Shown: positions 1-14,417 of the stretch, one piece after another
How the letters are laid out: each line of letters begins with the position of its first letter
Position numbering within the stretch: the stretch's first letter is position 1
Source of the DNA: Podarcis tiliguerta
Taxonomy: Eukaryota
DNA length: 64,000 nucleotides
NCBI GenBank assembly: GCA_965153285.1
Contig: OZ229112.1
Reading direction: 5' to 3' (one strand)
The notes under the pieces: generated by a model
Database searches by the model: none
What the model saw: the letters and a program-made list of their open reading frames with translations, nothing else
What the model was told of the DNA's origin: nothing
Translations under genes and position numbers: made by a program

Positions 1-99
1 AGTAAATGGTGAAGGGGAATGGTGAATTTACATTATTTTACTTAGTGTATGTGTGAGGTTTTTGCGTCTGTGTCACTTGGGTAGGTTCTCTTTCATTTA

Positions 100-344
100 C
101 AGTGGTACCTCGGGTTACATACGCTTCAGGTTACATACGCTTCAGGTTACAGACTCCGCTAACCCAGAAATAGTACCTCGGGTTAAGAACTTTGCTTCAG
201 GATGAGAACAGAAATTGTGTTCTGGCGGCAGCGCGGCGGCAGCAGGAGGCCCCATTAGCTAAAATGGTGCTTCAGGTTAAGAACAGTTTCAGGTTAAGAA
301 CGGACCTCCGGAACGAATTAAGTACTTAACCTGAGGTACCACTG
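100..344. mobile_element. Tc1/mariner-type MITE
   Basis: TIR CAGTGGTACCTC(G/A)GGTTA with TA TSD. Other copies at 4840-5065 and 55080-55304; partial copies at 8876-8984 and 50477-50529. Confidence 0.88.
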
Positions 345-591
345 TATTTTTTTTCCTTGGCAGTGAGGGAAGTTGGAAGGGCAGGGCATGGTTGGTTGTC
401 TTTAGGTGAGATATACTGGATATATTGAAACCATGGGAGGAATTCAACCCCTTCCTGTTACAAGTGTCCTGTTACTGCAAGCACAGTTTTTAACATTGTG
501 TTCTAATGTTGTAACTTGCTCTGGGACCTAAGGTTGAAGGATGTATAATTCATTGACAAACAAACCAAATAAAAACAAGCTGTAACAAAAC

Positions 592-764
592 CTGAACAAT
601 TTTGATAGTCCCACTGTACTCCAAGACCAGGATGACATGTCTACTTCCACTAGCCTTCAGGTAAACCATTTGCATCAGCCAGTGTTCATTAATTGTGCTT
701 TCCCTGATCAAAGGCAAAACTTTAAGTTGCTGTCCACTTCCAAAATCCCAAGTCTTCACAGTTC
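592..764 (-). CDS. WDR64: WDR64 exon 14 (gene continues beyond window start)
   Basis: GTTTAG|...|GTTTTG; GTVKTWDFGSGQQLKVLP...VLEYSGTIKIVQ; 173 nt. The donor is weak but matches the recalled human sequence GTIKMIQ. Confidence 0.9.
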
Positions 765-964
765 CTAAACGTGCAACAAAGCAGAAGGAATGTCACTCAT
801 CATGGAAGCACCTGAGATTTCTCTTTGTCATATAGGAAGCAGCCTTCAACTGGCCTTCATTGTGAAGTCCTAGGGTACTAAAAATAGGTTCCAGTTAAGT
901 ATTCTTACAGCCCTCATCACAAAGCAATTATATAAAGATGTGGTGTTATTACAATCTGTAATTA

Positions 965-1102
<138 letters not shown>

Positions 1103-1429
1103 CTAAAGATAAAGTGAATTATATGAAATTCAACCTACACAGATATATATTTACATAGTTGTCACTTTCTTCAAATATCTATAGTAAACATTAAGCTAAG
1201 GGGATAAGAGAAAGTGGAAAGGAAAAAGCGAAGAATTCCTATTCTTAACATTTCCCCCTGGGTTTAATGCAGGGATCGGGAACTTGTGGCCCTCTCAGTT
1301 CAGCTCCCATCAGCCTCAGTCTGGATGGCCAATGGTCAAAGATGATGGAATCTAAAGTCCAGCAACACCTGGTCCCCCATACCTGTCTTACCAATATGTA
1401 GGAAGATAAAGCCCCCCCCCCATAGCCTA

Positions 1430-1654
<225 letters not shown>

Positions 1655-2964
1655 TCATATAATAAGGGTTATTGCATCCGTCGCATGCTATTGTCAGCAA
1701 ACATGTCCAACGGGGTGGGTAAACCTTTTCAGCCCAAGGGCTCCGCTGAGGGTCAGCCAGCCCTCCAAGGGCAGCATGCCAGTGAAGATGTGGCCAGGAC
1801 CCACTTTGTTACTCCTGTACTCCCTAACCACACATAAAGATTGTGTTGGCCTTGCTGGTGTGTCCAGACAGCACCAACCGCCCTGCCACCTCAGACCTCA
1901 CTGATAAGCTGCAGAGATGCTGGTGCTGGGAGGTCAAGAGCATGTCACCGCTATGCCTGACTGTGAGACCCATCATGAATGTTGCTTGACTCTGCAAGGA
2001 CCACCATGAACTCTTGATCATGCAGTGTGTGCATGAGAGTGGTTGAGTGGCAGGAGGAATGAAAATGGGAGCCTGCCCTTTCTGAAAAAGCAGAGAGGAT
2101 ACAACATATAAAGACTGAGTCTCTTGCACAATCAAAGGCCACCACATATTACAGCAGAACTAAACACCTATGGAAAGATTAATAGTGAGTGCACTTCTTC
2201 ACCAAAAGTGAAAGACAAATATATGTACGTTTTTTCAAGATGGGGAAAACAAGAGGGGAAGATGCTACAGGGAACTGTCACTGACCTCAATGACCCATCA
2301 AGTATTCTTATCTGAAGGCAGCCCTAGTATAGGGAAGCTTTGTGAGGTTTAAGGGTTTGTCAAGTTTTTATTTATGTTGGAAGCCGCACAGACTGGCTGG
2401 AGCAATCCAGTCAGATGGGTTGGGTACTAATTAATTAATCAATCAAAACAAAATAAAAAAATCCCTTCCAACTTAGTTGGTCTCTAAGATGCTACTGGAA
2501 TGAATTTTTTTTTTTTATTTTGTTTCGACTATGGCAGACCAACATGGCTACCTACCTGTAATTAATTAATATTATTTTTTTAAAAAAACACTGTGGTGGT
2601 GAGGAGGAAGAAGAGGTATATCTACGTTACATATCTTACAGGAATTCCTGCCTCTGTGGCTATGAACTATGATAAATCTATTTTCAGACTTTACTTCACA
2701 TAATAATTATGTTCAAGATTTTAATGGATGCCAAATAAGTGCTTCTCAAGGACAAAAAGACACAAGATGTTTGTGGCTTTGAATTATCAGCATCATAGGA
2801 TGGGATTGCTTTAATTATTTAAAGCCACCAGTTTGTTTCCCCCACATTTCTGTAGCTATTCTCGGTCTAAACAATGCAGCTGGAAGGCCATCCATTTACT
2901 TTTCACAATTATGTATCAGCACCCCAGATTCATATCTGAAGAGGTATTTCGCTCCTAATGATTA

Positions 2965-3123
<159 letters not shown>

Positions 3124-4839
3124 TTATCTTGTGGTGCAATAGCTGCATTTCTTTATATATGTAATTCATTCGCTGCCCCATAACACAAAGTCATCTGGGT
3201 GGTTTCCAAAGAATAGGTAAAAAAACAATGCATAAGAAAAACCAAACAATAACAATGCAACAAGACAGAACTTCTCTCTCTCACACAAAATTAAAAGCAG
3301 ATTTTTTTTTAAAGGCCCAGACTGCCTAAGTTATGTATATGACTTGGAATCAATTCAAGGCCTCCTCCCTGTGTTGTTTTATATGCATATTTTAAAAGGC
3401 CTTCAGTGCAATATTTCCTCATTCTGGGATTTTGCTGTTTTAGTTCTGGTGGTTGTTAGCATAAAAATCAGGTACACCGCATGTGGAAAATAAATAAAAA
3501 GTTTATTTGTTAAAAAATGGGTTTTTTATTTATAATTTGTTTGAATTGTGGATTATTTTATATTTTATAACTATCGCTTTTGATACTTATCTGCCTTAAT
3601 TTTTTATCTGAAAAATAAGCTTTGAAAATAATTGATTTGGTAACCCAAAACCACCAGCATTATTTCTCACTTTTTCTTAAAAGCCAGCGTGGATACTTTA
3701 ATTTTTTCTACCTGCATCATTCGGGCAAAACCTAATTCACATTTCCTAGTGAATTCAGCAGGACTAACAGCATTTAGAAGACCACAACCTCATGTTTCAG
3801 TGCCACAGATTTCTCAATTAAAAGTCAACACATTTTTTTTTAATGATAACAATTACTGCATCAGAACAATTATAGTAGCATCACTGACAAGATATTGTCA
3901 GAGATCGCTACCTATGCATTGTGACAAAACTATGCTGATCACAGTACACATGAGCATTATTAAATGCAGGGCTTGATGGACAGTTCTCTCCAGACATTGA
4001 ATTCAGGAACAACAAACTAACATATAACATAAAACGTCCCCACAGATCTTCATGTGCTGTGGATTGAATGTTTTGGGATATTTATAGATGTACCAGTGTG
4101 TTCACCTCATCAGTGCAATATATGGTTTAAAAACACCCTTCTGTTTGCAAGCCTGCCTGTTGTCTAAAGAGAAGTTCCAAAACAAGGAGCAATCATTTTA
4201 TATTCAATTTGTGAAATTACTAACGTTCTGGGGGCTCTTGGCCGAACAGAGTTAATCGGATTGGGGATCATGCTGAGAGCCAGATGGCTGCCTAATAGCT
4301 TTGTATGGCTTTGTTAGCACATCTGTCATAAGCTACCTGTTTTTGGTTCCTTGCTCCCTGCTTCTTCCCAAGAGAGCGAGCTGAATGGACAAAAACTCTC
4401 ATCAATACAAAACAGTCTGTTACAGAGGATGAACTCCTCCCACCAAAAACAGAAACTCCATCTCTACTTCTCCCTCTCTCCTTTTAAAAGTCTAGTGAAA
4501 CAACGTGTCATAATAAACACAACAACCAAGGAAATGACAGAGAAACTAGGAGTGCAGTGGTTTCGTATCATAGTAAATCCATTGAAATTAATAAACTACC
4601 CTACATTATTAAATATTATATGGAGAGAAGTGATGGCGCCAGTGCGTCCCTCTGCAATGTCCACTACAAGCATCAGATACATAGTGTAAACTGCCATGTG
4701 CAAAATGTTGTTCTTTGCCTCTCACTAAGCAACCTTATTTCTGGCCAGAAATCCTGAAGGTGTTTCTCTTTGTCTAAGCTGCACTGAAATCTATGGGACA
4801 GTTGTATTATGGACAAGGGTACCACGTTCATCATCTATA

Positions 4840-5065
4840 CAGTGGTACCTCGGGTTACATACGCTTCAGGTTACAGACTCTGCAAACCCAGAAATATTAC
4901 CTCGAGTTAAGAACTTTGCTTCAGGATGAGAACAGAAATTGTGGTCCGGCAGCGCAGCGGCAGCAGGAGGCCCCATTAGCTAAAGTGGTGCTTCAGGTTA
5001 AGAACAGTTTCAGGTTAAGAACAGACCTCCAGAACGAATTAAGTTCTTAACCTGAGGTACCACTG
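4840..5065. mobile_element. Tc1/mariner-type MITE
   Basis: Same TIRs, TA TSD. Confidence 0.88.
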
Positions 5066-5487
5066 TACATGCACACTGTACATTTGCTTTAGATTGGACA
5101 TTTTCAGTCACTTTCTTTGCCTAAGCTGTGTATGCATGGACCAGGAGTCTCAAAATTCCTAGAGTAAGGGTGCTAACCCATGGTCTGCAGGCCATCTGAC
5201 TTTCAATACTTTTTGGTGGCCTGAAAATACCCCCTTTTAAAATTTTTCTGATCCTTTGGTATCCCACTATGATGTCAGGGTGCAAACAGATATTTTTGTG
5301 TCCATAATGCCTTTCCCCAGTGTTTCCCACTTTTAAATGTGTGTGTATAGTTATCAATATTAACAATAATTGTATTTATTAGGTTTTTTCCACAAAAAGT
5401 GACCTACACTAACTTACAAACACAATCCAGAGTCCCCACCCCAGTACGAAACGGATCTTCACTCTTAAACTGACTGTACTTAACAAT

Positions 5488-5628
5488 TAGAATCATATAA
5501 TCTTAGAATTGTAGAGTTGGAAGAGACCACAAAGGTCACCTCCGGCAATGCAGGTATCTTTTGCCGAACATGGGGCTTGAACCCACAACCCTGAGATTAA
5601 AAGTCTCATGCTCTCCCAACTGAACTAC
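5488..5628 (-). mobile_element. Short SINE: tRNA-Lys-like head plus CR1-like tail
   Basis: Minus strand reads AGACTTTTAATCTCAGGGTTGTGGGTTCAAGCCC, then CTCTTCCAACTCTACAATTCTAAGATT. Confidence 0.6.
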
Positions 5629-6376
5629 CAAGACAGGTAAATTGTTTATTTCTCCATCAGCTAAAGACTTTATTGTGTCACCATGCTCTCTTGTTCCACA
5701 AAAAATGGAACCACCATATGTTCTATGTAGAAGTTCAAATTATATTTTGGATTTCGTTTTTCCATTCAAGCCTGCCACCCCCCAGGATGCACTTGACCTA
5801 GAGTTCCCCACAATTTGTCAGGGAAGGACACATTAAATTTTGATTAAAGTCAGTGGATTCTAAAAGTAATTGCATTTTAAATCACTTTCTCTAGCACCAA
5901 GATGGAAACTAGTAGCAAAAACATAAATATAACATCAATCAATTTTACGAGGGCAAAACTTGAATGAAATGTCATTATGGTTTCACTGAGACTGAAGACA
6001 GATTTTGCCTCTAATGCTCAAATCAACTTTAAATAAGAACCACTTGGAATGCATTCAGTGGAAATGACTTTTTTATGGTCTGGTCACTGATGAAATCAAT
6101 GGTTTTAAATGAGCTTAACTATGACTGGATTCTTCCCCCTTAAGATCCAATTTAAATATATGCAGCTGTATAAACAAACAGTGCTTTAAAAGGGTTTCTT
6201 TTGCATTTTTAAAACAGTAATTCAAATGTAGATGCACCTTAAATTTTAAAATGCCTCTTTTGTTTTATATTATTGAATGTATAGGAACATGTGGCATATT
6301 CTAGACATAACACTGTTCCCAGGATCACTTGTGAAAATGCTATAGCACAATGTAGCCAACAAGCTGTTCTCTAGAC

Positions 6377-6513
6377 CAGGCATAGGCAAACTCGGCCCTC
6401 CAGATGTTTTGGGACTACAACTCCCATCAACCCTAGCTAACAGGACCAGTGGTCAGGGGATGATGGGAGTTGTAGTTCCAAAACATCTGGAGGGCTGAGT
6501 TTGCCTATGCCTG
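6377..6513. mobile_element. Palindromic hAT-Charlie-type MITE
   Basis: Near-perfect hairpin; 8-bp TSD CTCTAGAC. Confidence 0.9.
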
Positions 6514-6767
6514 CTCTAGACACTGCACTACAACTTCCATCAGCACCAGCCAACTTGATCAATAATCAGGGATGATGGGAGTTGTAGGTCAATAACATGA
6601 GGGCACCATGTTGCCTGCCCCACCATAGAATAGCAACACTATTTGTGTCTATTAATAAGACAGATTTAAATGAGATGTGCAGTGTAAATATATATATATC
6701 TATAGTACTCAGAGGTAAGCCACATTCTGTTCAATGGGACTTACTCTCAGGTAAGTGTGTATAGCAA

Positions 6768-7132
6768 GGGACGTGGGTGGCGCTGTGGGTTAAAGCCTCA
6801 GCGCCTAGGGCTTGCCGATCAAGAGGTCGGCGGTTCGAATCCCCGCGGCGGGGTGCGCTCCCATCACTCGGTCCCAGCGCCTGCCAACTTAGCAGTTCGA
6901 AAGCACCCCCGGGTGCAAGTAGATAAATAGGGACCGCTTACTAGCGGGAAGGTAAACGGCGTTTCCGTGTGCGGCTCTGGCTCGCCAGAGCAGCAATGTC
7001 ACGCTGGCCACGTGACCCGGAAGTGTCTTCGGACAGCGCTGGCCCTTGGCCTCTTTGAGTGAGATGGGCGCACAACCCTAGAGTCTGTCAAGACTGGCCC
7101 GTATGGGCAGGGGTACCTTTACCTTTACCTTT
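6768..7132 (+). mobile_element. Sauria SINE, full length
   Basis: A-box GTGGCGCTGTGG, B-box GGTTCGAATCC, (ACCTTT)n tail; TSD AAGTGT(G/C)TATAGCA at 6753-6766 and 7133-7146. Confidence 0.9.
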
Positions 7133-7144
7133 AAGTGTCTATAG

Positions 7145-7334
7145 CAGAGCAGGGGTTGTCAACCTGGTCCCTACCGCCCACTAGTGGGCGTTTCAGGATT
7201 CTAGGTGGGCAGTAGGGGTTCTATAGCACAAGTTGAATCCTCCTTCCGTTGAGCACTGGTGGGTGGTAAGGAAATTTTACCAACAAGAAAGATGCATTAG
7301 TGGGTGGGTAGGTATAAAAAGGTTGACTACCCCA
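7145..7334. mobile_element. hAT MITE
   Basis: GGGGTTGTCAACC / GGTTGACTACCCC inverted ends; near-TSD GT(C/G)TATAG. Confidence 0.7.
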
Positions 7335-7457
7335 GTGTATAGGGTTGCAGCCTTACTCCTTAGCAAGTACCATATGATCCGTGGTTTAGAGTTTGATTTA
7401 GCTTTTTTAGAAAGTAGGTTTTTTGTGCAGGATTTACAATGCATTTTTCTATTCTAG

Positions 7458-7946
7458 TGTTACAGATTTGGAGTTTATTAGTGAAGAGTAGAAATCAAAA
7501 AATGGTAGTGTTGAGATAATATTTGGGACATTGAAAGGAAAATACAGGCTGCAGCAGTTCTCCTATGCTCACTAGCCAGACTAGACTGGCTGAATGTAGC
7601 TCATTATGAAACAAGAAGCAGAGGTCACCTCAAGAGGAATCTCCCAGTTCTTGATAAAACAGAGGTTACCAAGGGGGTCGGGAGGGGTGTGAGGTGACAG
7701 GAAGGAGCTTTGGGTTTTGGCAGGGTTTTCTAGGAAGAAGAAAGGAAGTCAGGCCAGCACTCCAAGTGGGGGCTGGAGGGCCAGAACCATCTTGGCTGCT
7801 GGCTGGGAAGGCAGCAGCCCGGAGGCTTGGGAGTATGGCTGGCTGCTCTGGACTCCAGCTGGCAGAAGCCATAAGAGAAGCAGGGAGAGACACCCTTGAG
7901 AAGACAATGCTGTAAGATCTGCAACTCACTCCACTTACGCTCAGGT

Positions 7947-7996
<50 letters not shown>

Positions 7997-8133
7997 TAAG
8001 CCATATTATATCTTAAAGTCACTACAGTCTCTGCCGTGTCTTGATTCCCAATGGAAACAGAACCCAGGGTGAGTGCCTGGAATCCCCTAGAAGCTTGTGC
8101 ACTGCTCAAAAGAGATTGGGGGCTGGCGTAACA
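7458..8133 (+). mobile_element. Solo LTR
   Basis: TGTTAC...GTAACA inverted termini; near-TSD CTAG/ATAG; internal (TA)n followed by AATAAG. Confidence 0.65.
7950..7993. repeat. (TA)n microsatellite
   Basis: Read directly. Confidence 0.95.
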
Positions 8134-10609
8134 ATAGGAAGTCTAAATCTCTAATCTTGGCCCTACAAATCTGCAATGCAAAACTTTTCTGGGTCTCGCA
8201 CCCGATGGCCATGTATACACAATTTTCTAAACTTCAGGATTGTATGAACAGAATTCCATCATGAGTTTCGAGAATTTGGTCTTACACAATGCTTTTCCAT
8301 GGAAGGCATGATAGTTTGCCATAAATTATTTGGCAATGGATAAATAATATAGCACTTTGAGCTCATTACGTCATATTTGACGGGCACACTATTCCTTTGC
8401 CATTCAGAAGAGAAAGTTGCCATTTCATAGGTAAGTCCCAAAGCTCCTACAGAGAGAGACAGGAACAAACACTTTCACCTTGATCTTTTTCCTCGTCCTG
8501 TGGGCATGAGCTGCAGCAATTATGCAAGCGACCAGTTTAAACATGAGTAACTTTGACACAGTTTGCTGCAAGCGGGGCTGGGGAGTCAGAGCCACCACTG
8601 TGCATGTAACAATGTACACACACGCATGGCTGCGTGAGGTCAGGCACAATGAGCAGCTTAGAAATTCCAGCACATTTGCTCGGGATCTTTGGAGGTGACC
8701 AGCGACAAACCGCTTTGGGGGAAGGCTTTTATTTATAGCGAACAGCGCTATTCTAAGTTCTGACAAATTAAGGAACTTGCCTGGGCAAAGTAACAAATGA
8801 CCCTGTCATGCATCTGCATGTAGACTGCCATGTGAGTGCTGGCTTTTGAAACTGAAAACTATGAATCCATGCATACAGTGGTACCTCAGGTTACATTTGC
8901 TTCAGGTTACATACACTTCAGGTTACAGACTCCGCCAACTCAGAAATAGTGCTTCAGGTTAAGAACTTTGCTTCAGGATGAGAACTAGCTCTAACCCTGT
9001 GCCTCTTAAAAATCCCTAAAGAACATTCTTTGAGTTATATGGACTGTCATAACCAAACATTTCAGTTAAGATCTTTTCCCAACAGGCTGCTACAATAACT
9101 GAAAGAATATGAAGGACATCTGATCCTGGAGACTGACATCTTGAACAGTGATCAGAGCTCAAGTCACATTAATCACAGTGGGATGAGATACCATCAGAAC
9201 TGCAGCTTGAATATTATTATTAGGCATTACATGAAAATTGTCTGGCTTTCACCAGTGTTTTGACTGTGGATTTTACAGCCTTTCTGATAGCACTGTAGTC
9301 CACTTACACAATTCAAGAAGTCTATGGAGACCTTAATGCGAGTAAAAATGAAAATTGCAGGCTAGCTAAACAACTATGACGCTGAAAGCTATTCCTGGAG
9401 AATACAGCTTTCATATCTGGGTTACTTTTCTCACAGAATGTTTCTCCCGTTCAGTTGGCTCTCGGCTACGTAGGGAATGGATGGAATTTGGCTGTGCTAC
9501 TGTATTGTTCAGATTTGAAGCAGAGCCATTTTAAATAATCAGCGGGTGTAATTATTTGCATGTTTTCTCAGTAAGTCCCATTTTGTGTAAGACTCCAAGG
9601 GCCCCAGAAAAAAACAGACAAGGACAGTGCTCAGGGCAGATCATGGTTTCATTAAAATGACTTTAGTCAAAAGTGAGTCCTCCTAGACTCTTTCATAGCT
9701 GTCTAATAGCAAGGCAGCTTCCCTGGTAGGGGAAGAGAGAGAGGAGACTGAGGCACTATACACTTAAAGCAAAGTCCCCTAGGACAAGGGATGGATTGTT
9801 AAACTACTCTGAAAGTTCTAACTCTGTGAAGAGAATAGAGGTCTCCTGAAAACTCTCAGCACCCTTAACAAACTACAGTTCCCAGGATTCTTTTGAGGAA
9901 GCCATGGCTGTTAAAATGGTAGGACACAGCATTCAATGTATAGTGCAGATGGGGCCTGAGTCCTGGGTTTGAACGGCTCCAGATTCTAGTATGTTACACA
10001 ACTGGAAAACATGGAGTAGATCACTGTTCAGTGGAGCCTCTGTGTCTAGTATAATAGTCTGAATATCACATGGCTCCGTTCAGAATTCTATTTTGCTGGT
10101 TTTAATTTGTTAATATATGGAAATGGCTTTAATATTTAGTCAAGTAGTAGCAGAAAGGGGCTGCCAGTATTAGGGGAAGGAGCCCAAATCTCATTTTGTT
10201 TCTCCAGTTGGCAAATGTAAAAACAGACGCCACTTGGGCAGTTTCCTGAGACCTCCAACCATAATGAATTTCTTAAGAGTTGCTGGGAGTCTCTCTGTAA
10301 AGAGAGGGAGGCAGGGCTGTTGCTGCTACTGATTATATATATATATTTGTATCTTATTATAATTTATGTGGAAATTGATCAATTTTGTTTTGTATTTTTG
10401 ATGCTTAATTTGTTGTCTGACTACTTATGTTTGTAATTAGGTTCCCCCCCCGCCCCATGCTGAAAGCTGCCTTGAGCATGGCTTTAAATGGGAAGGTGGC
10501 ATACAAATAAAATGATGTATGTATGTAAAGTCTTGCCCTCTGGATTATATGTAAAAATCAAGGAGACAGTTAAATACATGCTTAAAGTGACATCCTATAC
10601 GCTGTAGGT

Positions 10610-10745
10610 CAGGAATAGGCAAACTCGGCCCTCCAGATGTTTTGGGACTACAATGCCCATCATCCCTGACCACTGGTCCTGTTAGCTAGGGATGATGGGA
10701 GTTGTAGTCCCAAAACAGCTAGAGGGCCGAGTTTGCCTATGCCTG
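10610..10745. mobile_element. Palindromic hAT MITE
   Basis: Same family; TSD CTGTAGGT. Confidence 0.9.
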
Positions 10746-11599
10746 CTGTAGGTCTTGTTCCTTGAGTGCAATAGGAAAAAAATGGTGGATCGCGTTGCCC
10801 AATTTTCATGCAACATGACAAAGGTTGCTCCCTGCTGCTACTTTGAACAAAACCAATATGTAAAAACAAAAATGTACATTTTCACCACTTGACCCATTTC
10901 AGTCCATTTTCTTTTCTAGGCTGAAGTGTCAGATGTATATAGGAAATAGTCTAGAATTTGTTCAAACAGTGAATTTTGCTGTGATTGTTCTTACAGTTCA
11001 CACCCTATTTATTGCGACTGAGTCTCCATTATAAAATGTACGTCAGTCTTCCATCCAGAGAGCAATGGGGTGGGGGTGGAGAAGAATGGCTATATTCAGT
11101 AAGCCTTTATCAAAGATTTGTATTCACAGATAGGCCCCACAGCTTTCTATTTAAACCCACAGCACTCTGCTGCTTGCTCTCGACAAAGAAGCTCTCCGTG
11201 AGTAGAAGCAGCCTGCTGAGCCCAGTGCACTATGGGAAACATCTGTCTAATTTGCAATGTCATTTCAATGGATAGCGTTGGACAATGTGAACAAAGGCCA
11301 CTTGGCTGGAATCCGGCTAAACCGAGTGAAGCTGAGTATTTAAAAATAAATTATGGATATGGCTTACAAAAGTCAGACTTTTGCAACATTACAACTATAC
11401 CGTCTAGAATAGTAACATTTATAACATGACACCCTGAAAGTATTTATGATGTTTATGAATGGAAGTGATTATGTTTTTATATTTGTTGGAAGCCACCCAG
11501 AGTGGCTAGGGCAATCCAGTCAGATGGGTGGGGTACAAATGAAATATAACAATCATCATCATCATCATCATCATCTCTTTTTCTGATTAGGTTACTAAC

Positions 11600-12060
11600 T
11601 AAGTGGGTATGGGAATGTTGTGGACACAGTTTTATCTTGATTTAAGCGAAGGATCTGACAAAGTTCTGCACTGTATCTTGGTTAGAAAAAGAGTGCTTAT
11701 CAATAGTTCATTGTCAAATTTTGGGAGGCTTCAAGTGGGATCCTTCAAGGCTGGGATTGATGCTCTTTGACATGTTCATCAATGACTTGGATGAAGAAGT
11801 GGATAGAATCTTTATCAAATTTGTGAAGGTTACAAAAGTGTGAGGAAACCTAACACTCAAAAGGCAAGAATAGAATTCAAAATGATCTTGATAAAGTAGA
11901 AAACTGAGCTGGATCCCCCCCCCCCCCCAATGCCATTCAACAAGGACAAATGCAAAGTTCTGCATTTCGGACCATAAAAAAAATTCACAGATATCAGACT
12001 TTGCAAAAAGGAAAATAATGAGAAAATGCACTGCGTAGAATGAGAACTTGCTCTGATGCA
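11600..12060 (+). mobile_element. Old degraded CR1 fragment
   Basis: TTCATCAATGACTTGGATGAAG, TTCAACAAGGACAAATGCAAAGTTCTGCATT and other CR1 RT-like stretches. Confidence 0.55.
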
Positions 12061-14101
12061 ACATCAACAAACCTTCCTGCAAACAACTCAGAATACTCAT
12101 TAAATAGCCAACATTGTCTAATCTCCCTGCAAAAAAATCAGGATGATTACCCAGTATATAGATCCTCTGGAAGCACCCTTGGAAACTTAATGTGGAATTG
12201 TTGCACTTTGCTCACAGATATGGGGCAGCCACATGATGTCTTCATCAAATGGTTGTCTTAATGGATTTTCCCTGAGTTGCTTCCATCTGTTTTTAGACCA
12301 CAGATAATCTGGGCCAGTCTCATTTCGAGCTGAGAAGACACATAAGCTTGGCTTTCTCTCTGCGTCAAGTTCAAAAGCATGGCTCTGCTCCAGCCCCCCC
12401 AAAACCTAATAGGAGAGCATGATCTGCTGGAGTTTTAATGCTGTGAGCCCTACCATTTTACACTAAGCTTGTGTAACTGTGTAAATAAAACCATACATCA
12501 CAACGACACCACCATCTCAGGTAATCTTCAAAACCTCTCACCACTCAGGAAAGAGGGATGCGGATAACAGAATGCACTGACATTTCAGAGGCTGAGACCG
12601 TTCACCATGCCTCTGCATTTCTGGATGTGAGCTCTTTGAATTGTGGCCAACCTCACATTTCCTCTGGTTTGTTCAATTACACACTTTTAATTGATTTAAT
12701 TACTCCCCCCCCCCCCGTTTTATCAGCTTTATCAGGCCAAATTAATTCGCAGCCATAATCTGACAAGGAATGCTGCTGTTCTTCACCCTCAGGAGAGCAG
12801 AGTCACAGCAGGTAGTGAATGGAACGTAAGTAGGGAAGCAGATACTGGAACTCAATTCCCCAGTCTGGTGTTGCGCTTGCATCATCAACACTAAGTCTTC
12901 TTAATTCCCTCTAATAGTTTCCAGAAGGCTTTTGTTTTGCCTTGATACAAACAAAGAATACAGTGGACTCTGGCTGGGCTTGCCAAGAGCTCATTCATGC
13001 AATGGTAGGCTGATGGGAAAACAGAAAATACCCTTTTGATACTATAGTAAGATGTATCTCCTTGCTATACCTGGCAGCTGTATTGCTATTTTTATTATTA
13101 TTAATTTATTATGATTTATATTATATTATAATTATTATTATATTAATATATTAAGAAACACTGCTCGACTCTCTCACTTCCCAGCTTGCAGCTTTCCTTC
13201 TACCCAGTGCATTTTTTTTTAAAGAAAAAGACTTCATAGTACTCACCATGAAGTTGTGAGTAAGTGCTACACTTTTAACATTTGGGGAAAAGGGTGCCAG
13301 TACTGTGTACCCTTGAGCAAACTCAGAAAAAAGCACTGCTCCTACCTCACATCACTCCAGTTCTCGGCTCTCAGACTTTGTCTTTCTAACTACCCACCAG
13401 CTGGGGGAGGGGCCTCCACCTTTTTGCCATCTTGCACTGATCCACTTCCTTTGTTCCCCTTAATGGCCCATCACCCAGGCTATCACTTCACCGGGAAGCT
13501 ATTCCAAGAATTAGAAGTGGGGCTCAGGCATTAGAAGGGTCTTGGCATACAACCTACTCCCCCCAAACTCACAACACTATAAACTTATATTCTAGTACTA
13601 TTTTTAAGAGTTATATTCCAGTACAAGTATCAAGCGTGAAAAATATATGCGCAAAACTCAGAAAGGATCAAGATTGCACTGATTGTGCTTCGTTTGTTTG
13701 TTTGTTTGTTTGTTTGTTTACTTTTTCTCTGAAGTCTCCAGAGAAATTCAAACTCATGGCTAGGTCATACCAGACTCTACACTGCATTAAATCCTTTTGG
13801 GACTAAAGAAAGAGGAAAGAAAGTATGGGAGTCACCATGATGTTAATGCAGATTCTTTTTAGAAATGCCGGATAAATAAACAATTTCACTATTTGCAAAT
13901 GGATATATGCTAACAAGATTTTCTATAGTATCCCTTTCTTCATGCAGCCATTTCCCATATGTTTATAGGCTGCTTCCCTGGACTTTTCCAATATATTCAA
14001 CATTTTGATTGGGGGAAAGGGTTTTAAATAGAGACTTTGGGGAAACATTGAAAAGAGTAGTTTTGGACTAATGCACTATACAGCTGACTACCTCCTATAT
14101 C

Positions 14102-14251
14102 CAGTGCTTTTTTTCCTGGGGGGGACGCAGGGGCACACATACCCCTAAACATTTTGTGAATCTAAGTTTGGCCTTATTGAGGTGCAGTATTTCAATACGA
14201 GTAGGAAAATGAAAGTAGCCCTGACCATTTTTTAAAAGAAAAAAAGCACCG
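14102..14251. mobile_element. hAT MITE
   Basis: TIR CAGTGCTTTTTTT / AAAAAAAGCACCG; TSD CCTATATC. Confidence 0.85.
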
Positions 14252-14311
14252 CCTATATCTATATGAACTAGAATGCAGAAGATCCCTCAAAGGAAAAATT
14301 GTGGGTTGTCT

Positions 14312-14312
14312 C

Positions 14313-14359
<47 letters not shown>

Positions 14360-14369
14360 ATCTATCTAT
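14312..14369. repeat. (ATCT)n microsatellite
   Basis: Read directly. Confidence 0.95.
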
Positions 14370-14417
14370 AATTTTTACTGACTGATGAGAGGAGAAAGCA
14401 GCAGCTTCTCTCAGTAA

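Noticed and set aside
12100-12570. Second solo LTR (ends GATAACA after AATAAA)
   Set aside because: Could not define a 5' boundary or TSD.
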